Below, in pieces: positions 9,703 to 19,737 of a DNA stretch of 64,000 nucleotides. The stretch's first letter is position 1. Every line of letters begins with the position of its first letter. The notes under the pieces were generated by a model. The model saw only the letters and a program-made list of their open reading frames with translations, made no database searches and had not been told where the DNA came from. The DNA is taken from the NCBI GenBank assembly GCA_964489445.1, contig CAZAYU010000001.1, positions 274,276-338,275 of the forward strand, read 5' to 3'. The DNA comes from an uncultured Planctomycetia bacterium (GTDB lineage: Bacteria; Omnitrophota; Gorgyraeia; Duberdicusellales; 4484-171). The position numbers and the translations under genes are program-made.

Positions 9703-10485
9703 CTATTTTACTGCTTCACGTACCCTCATCACCCGATCTAAAAACCCTTTAAGCTTTCCTAACGGAAAGGAAGTATGTTTGTCGCTCAATGCTTTTTTAG
9801 GCTGAGGATGAACTTCCATGAATATCCCGTCTATTCCACAAGCTGTTGCTGCTAACCCTAAAGGCTGAGCAAACTTAACATCTCCTCCAGAAATACCACC
9901 CACCGCCGAAGGTTTTTGCAAAGAATGCGTAACATCAAAAATAACCGGATAACCAAACTCGCGCATTATCATAAATGAACGAAAATCAACCACTAAATTG
10001 TTATAGCCAAAACAGCTACCCCTCTCAGTGATAAATATATTTTTATTTCCGGTTGATTCTACCTTTTTGATTATATGTTTAACATCATCAGGAGAAACAA
10101 ATTGTCCTTTTTTAATGTTCACTATTTTTTGAGTTTTTGCTGCTTCTTGGATTAAATCTGTTTGGCGGCATAAAAATGCCGGAATTTGAATAATGTCTAA
10201 GACTCCTTTTGAATCCTTTACCTGCTCTACAGAATGAACATCACTTAATATCGATAGATTTAAATCGCGTTTAACTTTTTCTAGTATTTTTAATCCTTTA
10301 ACCAACCCTGGTCCGCGAAAAGAATCACCTGAGGTCCGATTTGCCTTATCAAAGCTAGCCTTAAAGATAAACCTTAACGGATAGTCAGACACGATATCTT
10401 TCAACCGACCGGCAATATCTATTGTAGCTTGCCGACTTTCCATCACACAAGGACCAGCGATAAATATTAACTCATTTTTATTCAT
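9703..10485 (-). CDS. kdsA: KDO 8-phosphate synthase
   Basis: AGPCVMES, KASFDKANRTS, PAFLCRQTD, KKGQF, DVTHS. Confidence 0.97.
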   Translation of the reverse strand: MNKNELIFIAGPCVMESRQATIDIAGRLKDIVSDYPLRFIFKASFDKANRTSGDSFRGPGLVKGLKILEKVKRDLNLSILSDVHSVEQVKDSKGVLDIIQIPAFLCRQTDLIQEAAKTQKIVNIKKGQFVSPDDVKHIIKKVESTGNKNIFITERGSCFGYNNLVVDFRSFMIMREFGYPVIFDVTHSLQKPSAVGGISGGDVKFAQPLGLAATACGIDGIFMEVHPQPKKALSDKHTSFPLGKLKGFLDRVMRVREAVK

Positions 10486-10514
10486 ATGTCTTTACCATAA
10501 CCTTTTTAAAAACC

Positions 10515-11300
10515 TTATAGAAAAGTGTTTTCCTGGCTCATTTTCTCCGCCAAAATCCTTTCAACATGATTTAAATCTTCTTCAGTGTCTACCCCCCATG
10601 AATCAAATTTAGTCTCAATAACCTTAATTTTATAACCAGCTTCCAAGGCTCTTAGCTGTTCTAATTTTTCTGCTTGCTCTAAATATGAACAAGGTAAATT
10701 TTTAAATTCATAGAGAAAATCCTTACTATAGGCATATATCCCCAAATGTTTATAGTAAGCTGTTCCATCTTTAAACTGGTTTCCGGAAACCTCATCTTGC
10801 CGGCAATACGGAATTGGTAAGCGTGAAAAATAAATTGCAAAATCTTCTCTCCCGCAAATTACCTTTACAACATTAGGGTTGTTAATTTCGCTTTCTTTGT
10901 TGATTCTTTTTTTTGCGGTTGCCATAACTAAAGACCGATCAGATATCATTTCATCGGCAAGCCGATCGACAATTGAAGGATGAATTAATGGCTCATCTGC
11001 CTGAATGTTAATCACAACTTTTACATTTACATCTCGAACTGCTTCTGCAATCCGGTCAGTTCCAGAGATATGGCCTGAAGATGTAAACACCACATCCGCT
11101 CCAAATCGTCTTGCCTCTTCTTCTACCTCTGGATGATCACAAGCGATAATTAACTTGTCTAAAGCCCGTGCCCCAGATACATTCTCCCATGTCCATTGAA
11201 GGAGCGTTTTTCCATTAATAATCCGCAGTAACTTATGCGGCAGCCTTTGGGAAGCATACCGAGCAGGAATAACTCCAATCACATTAAAATCAATTTTCAT
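10515..11300 (-). CDS. kdsB: CMP-KDO synthetase
   Basis: IPARYASQRLP, SGTDRIAE, QADEP, EKLEQLRALE. Confidence 0.96.
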   Translation of the reverse strand: MKIDFNVIGVIPARYASQRLPHKLLRIINGKTLLQWTWENVSGARALDKLIIACDHPEVEEEARRFGADVVFTSSGHISGTDRIAEAVRDVNVKVVINIQADEPLIHPSIVDRLADEMISDRSLVMATAKKRINKESEINNPNVVKVICGREDFAIYFSRLPIPYCRQDEVSGNQFKDGTAYYKHLGIYAYSKDFLYEFKNLPCSYLEQAEKLEQLRALEAGYKIKVIETKFDSWGVDTEEDLNHVERILAEKMSQENTFL

Positions 11301-12273
11301 CGATTATCCTTGATATTTCTTTTTTGGTTGTAGTCGCAGCTCCTAATTTTCCCACCACAATCCCTGCAGCAAAATTAGCAATTAACGCTGCCTCTTCATA
11401 GCTTGCCCCGCAAGCTAAAGAAAGAGTGAACACCGAAATCACCGTATCTCCTGCACCGGTAACATCAAACACTTCTAAGGCGGCTGTAGGAATATTCCGA
11501 TAACGCCCATTAGCAAATAACGCCATTCCGCCTTCACCTAAAGTTACCAGCAACGCTTCCGGAGATAACTTTTCAATTATTTTTTTGCCTAAAGAAGCTA
11601 TTCCTTCATCATCTTTAGCTTTAACGCCAGCTAATACTTCCGCTTCTTTTAAATTCGGAGTCAAAGCTGTAACATTTTGATAATAATCAAAATGTTCTTC
11701 CTTAGGATCCACTGTAATTATTTTCTTCTTTTTCCGACAAAGTTCAATAATACTTTTGACAATGAATGGGTTAATGACTCCCTTACCATAATCTTCAATA
11801 ATCACAGCATCAAAATCATCCAGGCACTTACTTATTTTTCTCACAATTAGCTTGTTGACGCTAGAAGATAAAAATTTTAACGACTCACGGTCTACCCGAA
11901 CTACTTGTTGTTGATGGGCAATTACCCTTGTTTTAAGCGTAGTCGGCCGTTGTTTATCTTTAACTACTAATTTTGTATTAATTCCACTCTTAACAGTAAG
12001 CGAAAGTAAATCCTTGCCAAACCGATCATCGCCAATAACACCACATAAATTTACACTAGCACCTAAGGCTCTTAAATTCAAGCCCACATTTGCCGCTCCA
12101 CCGCATAAAAAGCTTTCTTTATTTACCCAAACTACAGGAACCGGCGCCTCGGGAGAAATACGATTAACAGTGCCAAAAATCAGATGATCCAGGATCACAT
12201 CTCCCACCACTAATATCTTTTTGTGTTTAAAGCGGGAAAGTATTGTTTTTAGTCGACTTTTTCGTAGCTTCAT
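11290..12273 (-). CDS. rfaE1: D-glycero-beta-D-manno-heptose-7-phosphate kinase (HldE domain I)
   Basis: RISPEAPVPV, GGAANV, DYGKG, DVTGAGDTV. Confidence 0.93.
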   Translation of the reverse strand: MKLRKSRLKTILSRFKHKKILVVGDVILDHLIFGTVNRISPEAPVPVVWVNKESFLCGGAANVGLNLRALGASVNLCGVIGDDRFGKDLLSLTVKSGINTKLVVKDKQRPTTLKTRVIAHQQQVVRVDRESLKFLSSSVNKLIVRKISKCLDDFDAVIIEDYGKGVINPFIVKSIIELCRKKKKIITVDPKEEHFDYYQNVTALTPNLKEAEVLAGVKAKDDEGIASLGKKIIEKLSPEALLVTLGEGGMALFANGRYRNIPTAALEVFDVTGAGDTVISVFTLSLACGASYEEAALIANFAAGIVVGKLGAATTTKKEISRIIDEN

Positions 12274-12413
12274 AATCTATTTTAAAAATTGTTTGCCTCT
12301 TTACCTCGTAAGCAAATAGCCAAACAATTATACCATTACAAACAAAAAAATCTATACCTAATATAAAACATTATATTTTGCAGTAACCTATAAAATACAA
12401 CATTTTATGTATT

Positions 12414-13574
12414 TTAGACAAAATCAGCAGAAACATCATCAGCAAACAAAAACCCTTTAGTTGTCAAGCAAACACCCACGTAACCCTTTTTACTAGTTTT
12501 GTAGCGGATCAAGCGCTGATCAAGCTGTCTTTGGATAGCTTGACTCTTTATCTGTATTAAATCAAACCCTGTTTTTTGCTTAAACCACTGAAAATTTATC
12601 CCCTCTTTTGTTCTTATTTTTAAGGCAGCTGTTTCTTTAGCTTTGTCAACCAAAGATAACCGTTCTTGAAAGGCAACAATACTCTTTCCCTTGTGTACAC
12701 TGCTTATGTAGTGTTCTAAATTCGATATATTCTTAGATCTTAGTCCATTTAAAAAAGACACTGAAGAAGGGCCTAACCCCAAATATTGATTATTCTGCCA
12801 ATAATAAGCATTATGTCGACACATAAACCCGACATTAGAAAAATTAGACACTTCATAATGTGTAAATTTTCTTAATGGCAAATATTTTAGTGTGTATTTA
12901 TACATATCCGCTATCTTCTTCTCGTATACATCATTTCGGCTTTTATCCTTAAATTTTACAAAAAACGGAGTATTTTTCTCATAGCTTAAAGCATAAGTTG
13001 AAATATGATTTACTGGTAAATTAGTTATTTGTTGTAATTCAGCTTTCCAGTTCTCTACAGACTCTTGCCAGACTCCAAATATAAAATCTGCACTAATATT
13101 TTTGAATCCATGTTTTTTTGCTAACAATAATACTTTTTCTCCTTGTGAAGAAGAATGAATCCGGCCTAAACGTTTTAATTTGTCGTTATTCAATGATTGC
13201 ACCCCAACGCTTATTCGGTTTACGCCTTGTTGAAGAAGGAATTTTACTTTATCGCTGCTTAAACTTTCCGGATTAGCTTCAACAGTAAATTCCTCAGCTG
13301 AGTTTGTAAACCTTTTCAAGCTTTTTATCATTTTTCCAAAAAGGTGCAAATCCAATACAGTGGGCGTTCCTCCCCCAATATAGATTGTTGAAAAGCTGCC
13401 ATCTAATTCAGATATCTGCTGACAAATAGCATCTACATAAGCAGATGCCCAATCCTGATTGTAATTTACACTATAAAAATCACAATAAGGACATTTTTTC
13501 TGACAGAACGGAATATGTATATACAATGATTTAGTTGATTTTATAGTCATAGATTTTTCTCTTTTAGCTTTCAC
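12414..13574 (-). CDS. hemW: Radical SAM heme chaperone (HemN-like)
   Basis: YIHIPFCQKKCPYCDF, GGGTPT, YEVSNF, HNAYYW. Confidence 0.9.
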   Translation of the reverse strand: MKAKREKSMTIKSTKSLYIHIPFCQKKCPYCDFYSVNYNQDWASAYVDAICQQISELDGSFSTIYIGGGTPTVLDLHLFGKMIKSLKRFTNSAEEFTVEANPESLSSDKVKFLLQQGVNRISVGVQSLNNDKLKRLGRIHSSSQGEKVLLLAKKHGFKNISADFIFGVWQESVENWKAELQQITNLPVNHISTYALSYEKNTPFFVKFKDKSRNDVYEKKIADMYKYTLKYLPLRKFTHYEVSNFSNVGFMCRHNAYYWQNNQYLGLGPSSVSFLNGLRSKNISNLEHYISSVHKGKSIVAFQERLSLVDKAKETAALKIRTKEGINFQWFKQKTGFDLIQIKSQAIQRQLDQRLIRYKTSKKGYVGVCLTTKGFLFADDVSADFV

Positions 13575-13634
13575 TTTGAAACAGCAACAGACAATGTTAT
13601 AATTATATCACAATGCATAAAACAGGTAAGTTTA

Positions 13635-13673
13635 TTTAGTGACTAACCTAAACTTAATCGTAAAGTCACTAAA
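13635..13673. promoter_or_regulatory. 10-bp perfect inverted repeat in the divergent hemW/GT2 intergenic region
   Basis: tttagtgact-N19-agtcactaaa. Confidence 0.4.
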
Positions 13674-13746
13674 GCGATTAATCTGTCTGGACTACAAGCA
13701 TGGAATATACTACATTAATAAATAGGTTAGAACGCTTAGCTTTAAT

Positions 13747-14622
13747 ATGAAGACCCCTTTTTTCAGCATAATTATCCCCACATACAACCGGAAAGACTTT
13801 CTCCAAATAGCAATAAATTCTGTGCTTGTTCAAACATTTCAAAATTATGAATTGTTAATAATTGATGACGGATCAACCGATAAAACAAAAGAATCAATAT
13901 TAAAAACTATTAGTTGTATAGATAACAAAAAAAAAGAAAAAATTCGCTATTTCTATCAATCACATACAGGAGTATCCCTAGCCCGCAACAAAGGAATTGA
14001 AGAAGCCAGAGGAAAATTTATCCTATTTCTTGATTCTGACGATCGCTTTTGCCACTATAAATTGGAAAGAACACTAACTTACATTGACAATAACCCTTCA
14101 TATAGCATCTTCCACACTGAAGAAATATGGTATCGATCTGGAAAAATATTAGCACAAAAAAAATACCATAAAAAGCCCAGTGAATTTGTGTTTTCTGAAT
14201 CCTTAAAGCGTTGCTGCATCGGCATTTCTACATCAGTAATCGATAAAAAAATACTAAACGAAATCGGAAACTTTGATCAACGCTTGCCTGCTTGTGAAGA
14301 CTATGATCTATGGCTAAGGATAACTGCTCGTTACCCGGTCATGCTTATTCCTGAATATTTAACCATTAAAGAAGGCGGACACATTAATCAACAATCAAAA
14401 AAATATCCATCTATGGATAAATTTCGGATTTTTTCCTTAAAAAACCTGTTAGAAAGTAATACATTGAATAATCGCTTGTATAAGCTAGCATATGAAGAGC
14501 TAAAAAATAAGTGCTTAATTTATATTAGCGGAGCATCAAAAAGAAAAAAAGTAACAGAAATTAACTACTATCAAGATTTAATCGAAAAATTAGCAAATAA
14601 TCAATTATGCTTAAAAATTTAA
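13747..14622 (+). CDS. Glycosyltransferase family 2
   Basis: IIPTYNR, IDDGSTD, ARNKG, FLDSDD, EEIWYR, CEDYDLWLR. Confidence 0.9.
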   Translation: MKTPFFSIIIPTYNRKDFLQIAINSVLVQTFQNYELLIIDDGSTDKTKESILKTISCIDNKKKEKIRYFYQSHTGVSLARNKGIEEARGKFILFLDSDDRFCHYKLERTLTYIDNNPSYSIFHTEEIWYRSGKILAQKKYHKKPSEFVFSESLKRCCIGISTSVIDKKILNEIGNFDQRLPACEDYDLWLRITARYPVMLIPEYLTIKEGGHINQQSKKYPSMDKFRIFSLKNLLESNTLNNRLYKLAYEELKNKCLIYISGASKRKKVTEINYYQDLIEKLANNQLCLKI

Positions 14623-15995
14623 AACAAAATATTGAAAATGATTTTTTAATAAAATTAAACAAAAATCAATGGCGAATTATAGAACGATTGATATTCGAAA
14701 TAATAAGACGAGAAAAAACTGATTATTCCAAGATTCTAAGTAGTTTAAAAAAAGAATTAAATATCTCCAAATACTCTCCCCAAGATAAATTTTCTGCATT
14801 AAAACGCAAGCTTTTAAAGTATCGTTTTCCCTTAACGACAAGCCAGCAGTCAATCGACTTCAAAACAGTTTACTTAAACGAAATAAAGCAACCCTTAAAA
14901 GACAATTGGAAAATAGCTAAAAAATTTAAACCATTGACAATAATTACAGAAGAAAAAGCAACAGCAAGCTCCCTATTTAAAAGATTACGCGAGAAGTTTC
15001 CTGATTGCGAAAATAAAATAGTTGCCCACTACCGAGATTATTTAAAAGATAGCTGTTTTACATTTTCCCAAATTAAAAAACCACTTATTTTTATCACTAA
15101 CGAACCGGCTGACTTCATTAAACCTTGCCCCTGCACAAAGCATCATCTTGGTTGCGGTTATTGGATATTTAACTTAGGCTTTGGGTGCCCTTTTGATTGC
15201 TCGTACTGCTTTTTACAACAATATACTAATTTTTTCGGGGTTATCTTACCAGCTAATATTGATAGCTTTCTAGATCAATTTAGCAAGTTTATAATAAAAT
15301 TCAAAAAACCGATCCGTATTGGAACCGGAGAATTTTCAGATTCCTTAGCTTTAGATGATCTAACTGAATACTCCAAAAAAATAATTCCTTATTTTCAGAA
15401 AAAAAATGTTCTTTTTGAATTAAAAACAAAAAGCACAAATATCAACAATATCCTCTCAATCCCTCCGGGAAAAAATATTATTATTTCTTGGTCCTTAAAT
15501 CCTTCCAAAATCATAGAATACCAGGAATTTGGGGCTACTTCATTAGTAGAACGACTAAATGCAGCAAAAAAAGTTCAAGATGTCGGATATAAGCTTGCTT
15601 TCCACTTTGACCCAATAATCCATTTAGCAAATTGGGAAAAATTATACACTGAGGTAATAGACTATCTATACTCTCAACTACAAGCTCCATTTGCTTGGAT
15701 TAGCTTAGGAACTTTACGTTCAAATCGCAAGCTAAAAACAATAGTTGAATTAAGATTCCCGGAAAGTAATATTTTCTATGGAGAATTATTGCTAGGAAAA
15801 GATAAAAAATTACGTTATCCAGAATTTATTCGAAGTAAAATCTATAACACAATTATTAAAAGAATAAAGCTCTACGACAAAAACACACCTATATACTTAT
15901 GTATGGAAAGCGAACAACTATGGAAAAGTGTAGCTGGGTTAGTTCCTTATAATGATATCGAGAATTCGCTAATTAACTTTAATTTTAAAAATTAA
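14607..15995 (+). CDS. Spore photoproduct lyase-like radical SAM protein with N-terminal extension
   Basis: CPCT...CGY, GCPFDCSYCFLQ, GEFSDSLALD, ELKTKS, SWSLNP, FHFDP, YLCMES. Confidence 0.85.
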   Translation: MLKNLKQNIENDFLIKLNKNQWRIIERLIFEIIRREKTDYSKILSSLKKELNISKYSPQDKFSALKRKLLKYRFPLTTSQQSIDFKTVYLNEIKQPLKDNWKIAKKFKPLTIITEEKATASSLFKRLREKFPDCENKIVAHYRDYLKDSCFTFSQIKKPLIFITNEPADFIKPCPCTKHHLGCGYWIFNLGFGCPFDCSYCFLQQYTNFFGVILPANIDSFLDQFSKFIIKFKKPIRIGTGEFSDSLALDDLTEYSKKIIPYFQKKNVLFELKTKSTNINNILSIPPGKNIIISWSLNPSKIIEYQEFGATSLVERLNAAKKVQDVGYKLAFHFDPIIHLANWEKLYTEVIDYLYSQLQAPFAWISLGTLRSNRKLKTIVELRFPESNIFYGELLLGKDKKLRYPEFIRSKIYNTIIKRIKLYDKNTPIYLCMESEQLWKSVAGLVPYNDIENSLINFNFKN

Positions 15996-17911
15996 TATAT
16001 GCGTTTTATTTTTGTACCTGGATAATAATGTTTTAGTATATCACGATAAGAATAACCCTTCTTAGCCATCCAAGATGCTCCTTCCTGGCATAACCCCGCG
16101 CCATGGCCAAAGCCAACACCCCAAAAAAGTATCATTTCCGATTTAGCTTTTGGAGATAGTTTAATCTCTAGCTTAAAGGCACTACTTCTTAACTTGTCAA
16201 AATAATTTCTTATTTTTAATCCACTATTGAACACTTTTTGGCTAGCCTGACTAACCAACTTTATTTTTCGGCTGTGGAAACAATCTCCTTTTTCTAAAAT
16301 TAATATTTGCTTGATGCTATCTGCGTTCACCCCAAAGGCAAGCAGATAATCTTCTTTATCATACACTCTCTGCCAACGAAAATTACTCCCTGTTTTGTGC
16401 GAGCAAAAAACATCCGGTCTATTTAAAAACCAATTTTCCTGTTCATACGGAGATTCGGGAAGAAATCCTTTATCGGCATCAATTTGCTCATTCAAATATT
16501 CACACTCCCCAAAAGTATCTTTACACAAACATCCACCACAATTAGAATGATAAAAAGCCTCTATCGGCTTATCGTTAAAAGTAATAATTTGGCCTCTGGT
16601 TTCCTTCACTGCCTCAGTAGTTTGAGGTGTTTCAGCAGATAATCCATGATATGTCTGACAATGAACATCTACACAAAAATCAAATTTTTGTTTTCGATGA
16701 CGATTCAAATTTTTAACAGCAAGAGTTCTAGCCGCCAATGCTTGCGCTTTTAATGCCTCTTTATCTGTTTTTGCCGGAATTTCAGCTGACATTACCCCAT
16801 AGAGATACTCCTCAATACCCACTCTGTTAATTAATGTCAATTTATTATTTTCAAGTACGACCTCCAGACTTCCCCGGTAGGCCCGGTCAATCTTTTTATG
16901 CCAAAAGTCTTTTTCTCCGTAGGATACGTCTAAAACATAAAACGGAAAAAAGCGATCATCCTCCTTTAAAGGTGTAATCTTGCAATTACCGCCAGAAAAA
17001 TAAGGTTTTCCTGTTATTTCTTTATAATCAGTCAACATTATTTTTTTATCTCTTAAAATAACAGTATATAGCTTACCCCCGGTAATCTTAATTCTCTGTT
17101 GCTCATCAAAGATAATAAAACCATTCTTACAGCTAAATGAAAAATCACCCACTCCCTCTACCAAGCCAACCTGCACCGATCTTTCCATTTTATCCGGTAA
17201 GTACCCAGGAAATTTTACTATATTTCTTAATTCCTCCTGCTTTGCAGTTTTTTTTACAAAAAAATCACCACCCATCTTTTCTTTGGTAAGAATTAATTCT
17301 GCATGCATCTCTTTGTTAGCAGGATAAAAATTAACAGCTTTTGCTAAATATTTATAGGCCTCCTTGTATTTTTCTAATTCTACCAAACACTCCCCTAAAT
17401 AATAATAAGCTAACCTTATACTCGAGTCATTGTTTACCACTTGTAAGAAATATTCTGAAGCTTCAGAATATTCTTGTTTTCTTCGAAATATTTTTCCTAA
17501 ACGAAAAAATGCAATAGTATTATCTCTGTGAATTTTGATTGAATTTTGATAAGAATCTATCGCCTGGTCAGGCATTGCTAAATATTCATAAGCTAATCCC
17601 AAATACAAAAAGTCGACCCAATCTTTTTCCTCAAGATCATTAAGAATCCTAGCCGCCTCATCTGGCGCCCCAGATAAAAATTCTAGCCTAGCCAAATAGC
17701 TACTTATTCTTTTATCCTGATTATAAGCACACGCTTGCCTTAATATCTCTTTTGCTTTCGAATACTCTCCTGACTCTTTAAACAGCACAGCAAGATTTAA
17801 GTACTCCATAGCTTTCTCTTCGTTTAAGCTTGCAGCAAATGTTAGTTGATGTAAATTAACCAAAACAATCAGCACAAAAAATATTTTCTTATAGTAATTG
17901 CTCATCGACAT
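15992..17911 (-). CDS. TPR + SpoIID/LytB peptidoglycan lytic transglycosylase
   Basis: Signal peptide, N-terminal TPRs, EEYLYGVMSAE, ALKAQALAART, GFGHGAGLCQ.GA, ILKHYYPG. Confidence 0.9.
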   Translation of the reverse strand: MSMSNYYKKIFFVLIVLVNLHQLTFAASLNEEKAMEYLNLAVLFKESGEYSKAKEILRQACAYNQDKRISSYLARLEFLSGAPDEAARILNDLEEKDWVDFLYLGLAYEYLAMPDQAIDSYQNSIKIHRDNTIAFFRLGKIFRRKQEYSEASEYFLQVVNNDSSIRLAYYYLGECLVELEKYKEAYKYLAKAVNFYPANKEMHAELILTKEKMGGDFFVKKTAKQEELRNIVKFPGYLPDKMERSVQVGLVEGVGDFSFSCKNGFIIFDEQQRIKITGGKLYTVILRDKKIMLTDYKEITGKPYFSGGNCKITPLKEDDRFFPFYVLDVSYGEKDFWHKKIDRAYRGSLEVVLENNKLTLINRVGIEEYLYGVMSAEIPAKTDKEALKAQALAARTLAVKNLNRHRKQKFDFCVDVHCQTYHGLSAETPQTTEAVKETRGQIITFNDKPIEAFYHSNCGGCLCKDTFGECEYLNEQIDADKGFLPESPYEQENWFLNRPDVFCSHKTGSNFRWQRVYDKEDYLLAFGVNADSIKQILILEKGDCFHSRKIKLVSQASQKVFNSGLKIRNYFDKLRSSAFKLEIKLSPKAKSEMILFWGVGFGHGAGLCQEGASWMAKKGYSYRDILKHYYPGTKIKRIY

Positions 17912-18037
17912 GCTACAAATTTAAAAAAATAATCAAACGCACTAAGACTTTTTATCAGCAGTTTTTTACATACCACTTTTAAAGGAAGGTTTTTAAAAAA
18001 GTAAAGATAGCTTTTAGAAAAATCAGCTGGATACCTT

Positions 18038-18856
18038 CTATTTATTAATTTTTCTTTTACCAACTATCGGAATTTTCCACTTTCCAGCTAAGTATAAAAA
18101 CTTTTCTTTCTCAATAATAATAACTTTACCGCTTTCCAGAACTAACCCAGAAGCACCAATATTTTTCAATAGCCTTAAAGTAGATACACCGACAACCGGA
18201 ACATCAAACCGAAGATCCTGGTTGTTTTTGCTAAATTTAAAAACAAGACATTTCTTCCCGGCAAGACAATGCGCCCGACGAATTGCTCTGTCGGTTCCTT
18301 CTAACGACTCTAAGGCCACTACACTTTTACTCTTCACAGCAATAGTCTGCCCCACATCTAAATCTACAAATTTAGAAATGATTTTAATACCAAAATCAAT
18401 ATCACCGCTTATAGCATCTATTCCTAAGGCTTTATTCATTATTCCTTCTTCTGCTAAATCATCTTTTAAATAAAACGTAGAATCTAAAAAGGTTATTCCT
18501 GTCTTTTCCAAATAAGCAATGATCTCGGCAAAAATTGTATGCGGACGAAAATCTTGTATACTGTCCACTAAAGAGATTAGCTTCTTATCCCAACCTTTAC
18601 GCTTAAAAATTCTTAAAGGATTAATCTGTCCAGCCACCACACAATGTTTTATCCCTTCTTCCGCAAGCACTTCCTGTAATTTACCTAGCTGTCCTACTCC
18701 GATCCAATAGACTTTGTTTACATATTTCTTAATGCAAAAAGAAGTTTCTCCGTTTAAGCCAATAGCTATTACTTCGTTATTCTTATTATTTTCCTGGATT
18801 CTTTGGGCAAGAAGTATAGGAAGCGTCCGATTACCAGCAATAATTCCCAGCTTCAT
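18038..18856 (-). CDS. lpxI: UDP-2,3-diacylglucosamine diphosphatase LpxI
   Basis: LGIIAG, DVGQT, ALESLEGTD, QDLRFDVPVVG; follows lpxA. Confidence 0.92.
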   Translation of the reverse strand: MKLGIIAGNRTLPILLAQRIQENNKNNEVIAIGLNGETSFCIKKYVNKVYWIGVGQLGKLQEVLAEEGIKHCVVAGQINPLRIFKRKGWDKKLISLVDSIQDFRPHTIFAEIIAYLEKTGITFLDSTFYLKDDLAEEGIMNKALGIDAISGDIDFGIKIISKFVDLDVGQTIAVKSKSVVALESLEGTDRAIRRAHCLAGKKCLVFKFSKNNQDLRFDVPVVGVSTLRLLKNIGASGLVLESGKVIIIEKEKFLYLAGKWKIPIVGKRKINK

Positions 18857-19647
18857 ATTCGTTTAGAAACTTGTCGGCTGATTCCCCGTTTAGATTCTGA
18901 AACAAATTTAAGAAGATGATCAATCTCTGTTGAGCGAGGAAGCTCTTGAACGATTGTTTGTTTAGCGTCACTTAGCAAACGATTTTGAAAAAAAAGCTCC
19001 TTAAACGCTTTTTTTAAAATTCTGACTTGCTCAAAGCTAATCTTAGCTCTTTTTAATCCAATTGAATTCAATCCATATACACAAGCGGGATGCCCATCAC
19101 ACATTGAATAAGGAGGAACATCCTGAACAACCTTAGAACACCCACCAACTATCGAAAGCTCACCAATTCGGCAAAATTGATGTACTGCTACTAACCCTCC
19201 AATAACAGCTTTATCCTCAATTTTCACGTGTCCCGCTAATGTAGTAGAATTTGCTAAAATATTTCCGTCGCCTATTTGGCAATCATGGGCAACGTGTGAG
19301 TAAGCCATAATTAAATTATTATTTCCGACAACTGTCCGAGAATTTTTTTTAGTCCCCGGATTCATTGTCACAAATTCCCGAATACAATTGTTATTACCAA
19401 TATCTAAAAAACTTATTTCGCCTGTATATTTTAAATCTTGAGGAACATTGCCTATAGACGCATAAGGGAAAACATGACAATTGCTTCCAATTGTTGTACG
19501 CCCTAATAATTGAGCAAATGAATCAATAACCGAGTCAGCTCCAATCTTAACATTTTTTTCCACTACTGTATAAGGACCAATACGTACGCCATCACCTATA
19601 CAAGCACCAGGATTAACTAAAGCTTTTGAATCAATATGTACTGCCAT
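18853..19647 (-). CDS. lpxA: UDP-GlcNAc O-acyltransferase
   Basis: Hexapeptide repeats, PQDLKY, HVAHDC, HQFCRIG. Confidence 0.96.
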   Translation of the reverse strand: MAVHIDSKALVNPGACIGDGVRIGPYTVVEKNVKIGADSVIDSFAQLLGRTTIGSNCHVFPYASIGNVPQDLKYTGEISFLDIGNNNCIREFVTMNPGTKKNSRTVVGNNNLIMAYSHVAHDCQIGDGNILANSTTLAGHVKIEDKAVIGGLVAVHQFCRIGELSIVGGCSKVVQDVPPYSMCDGHPACVYGLNSIGLKRAKISFEQVRILKKAFKELFFQNRLLSDAKQTIVQELPRSTEIDHLLKFVSESKRGISRQVSKRI

Positions 19648-19737
19648 TTTGGATACTAAAAAAATTTTAGAATTGTTATCTGTTTAAATTATACCAAAAA
19701 ACAAAGGTAAAACAACACAAACAAAAAAAAGGAGGGA

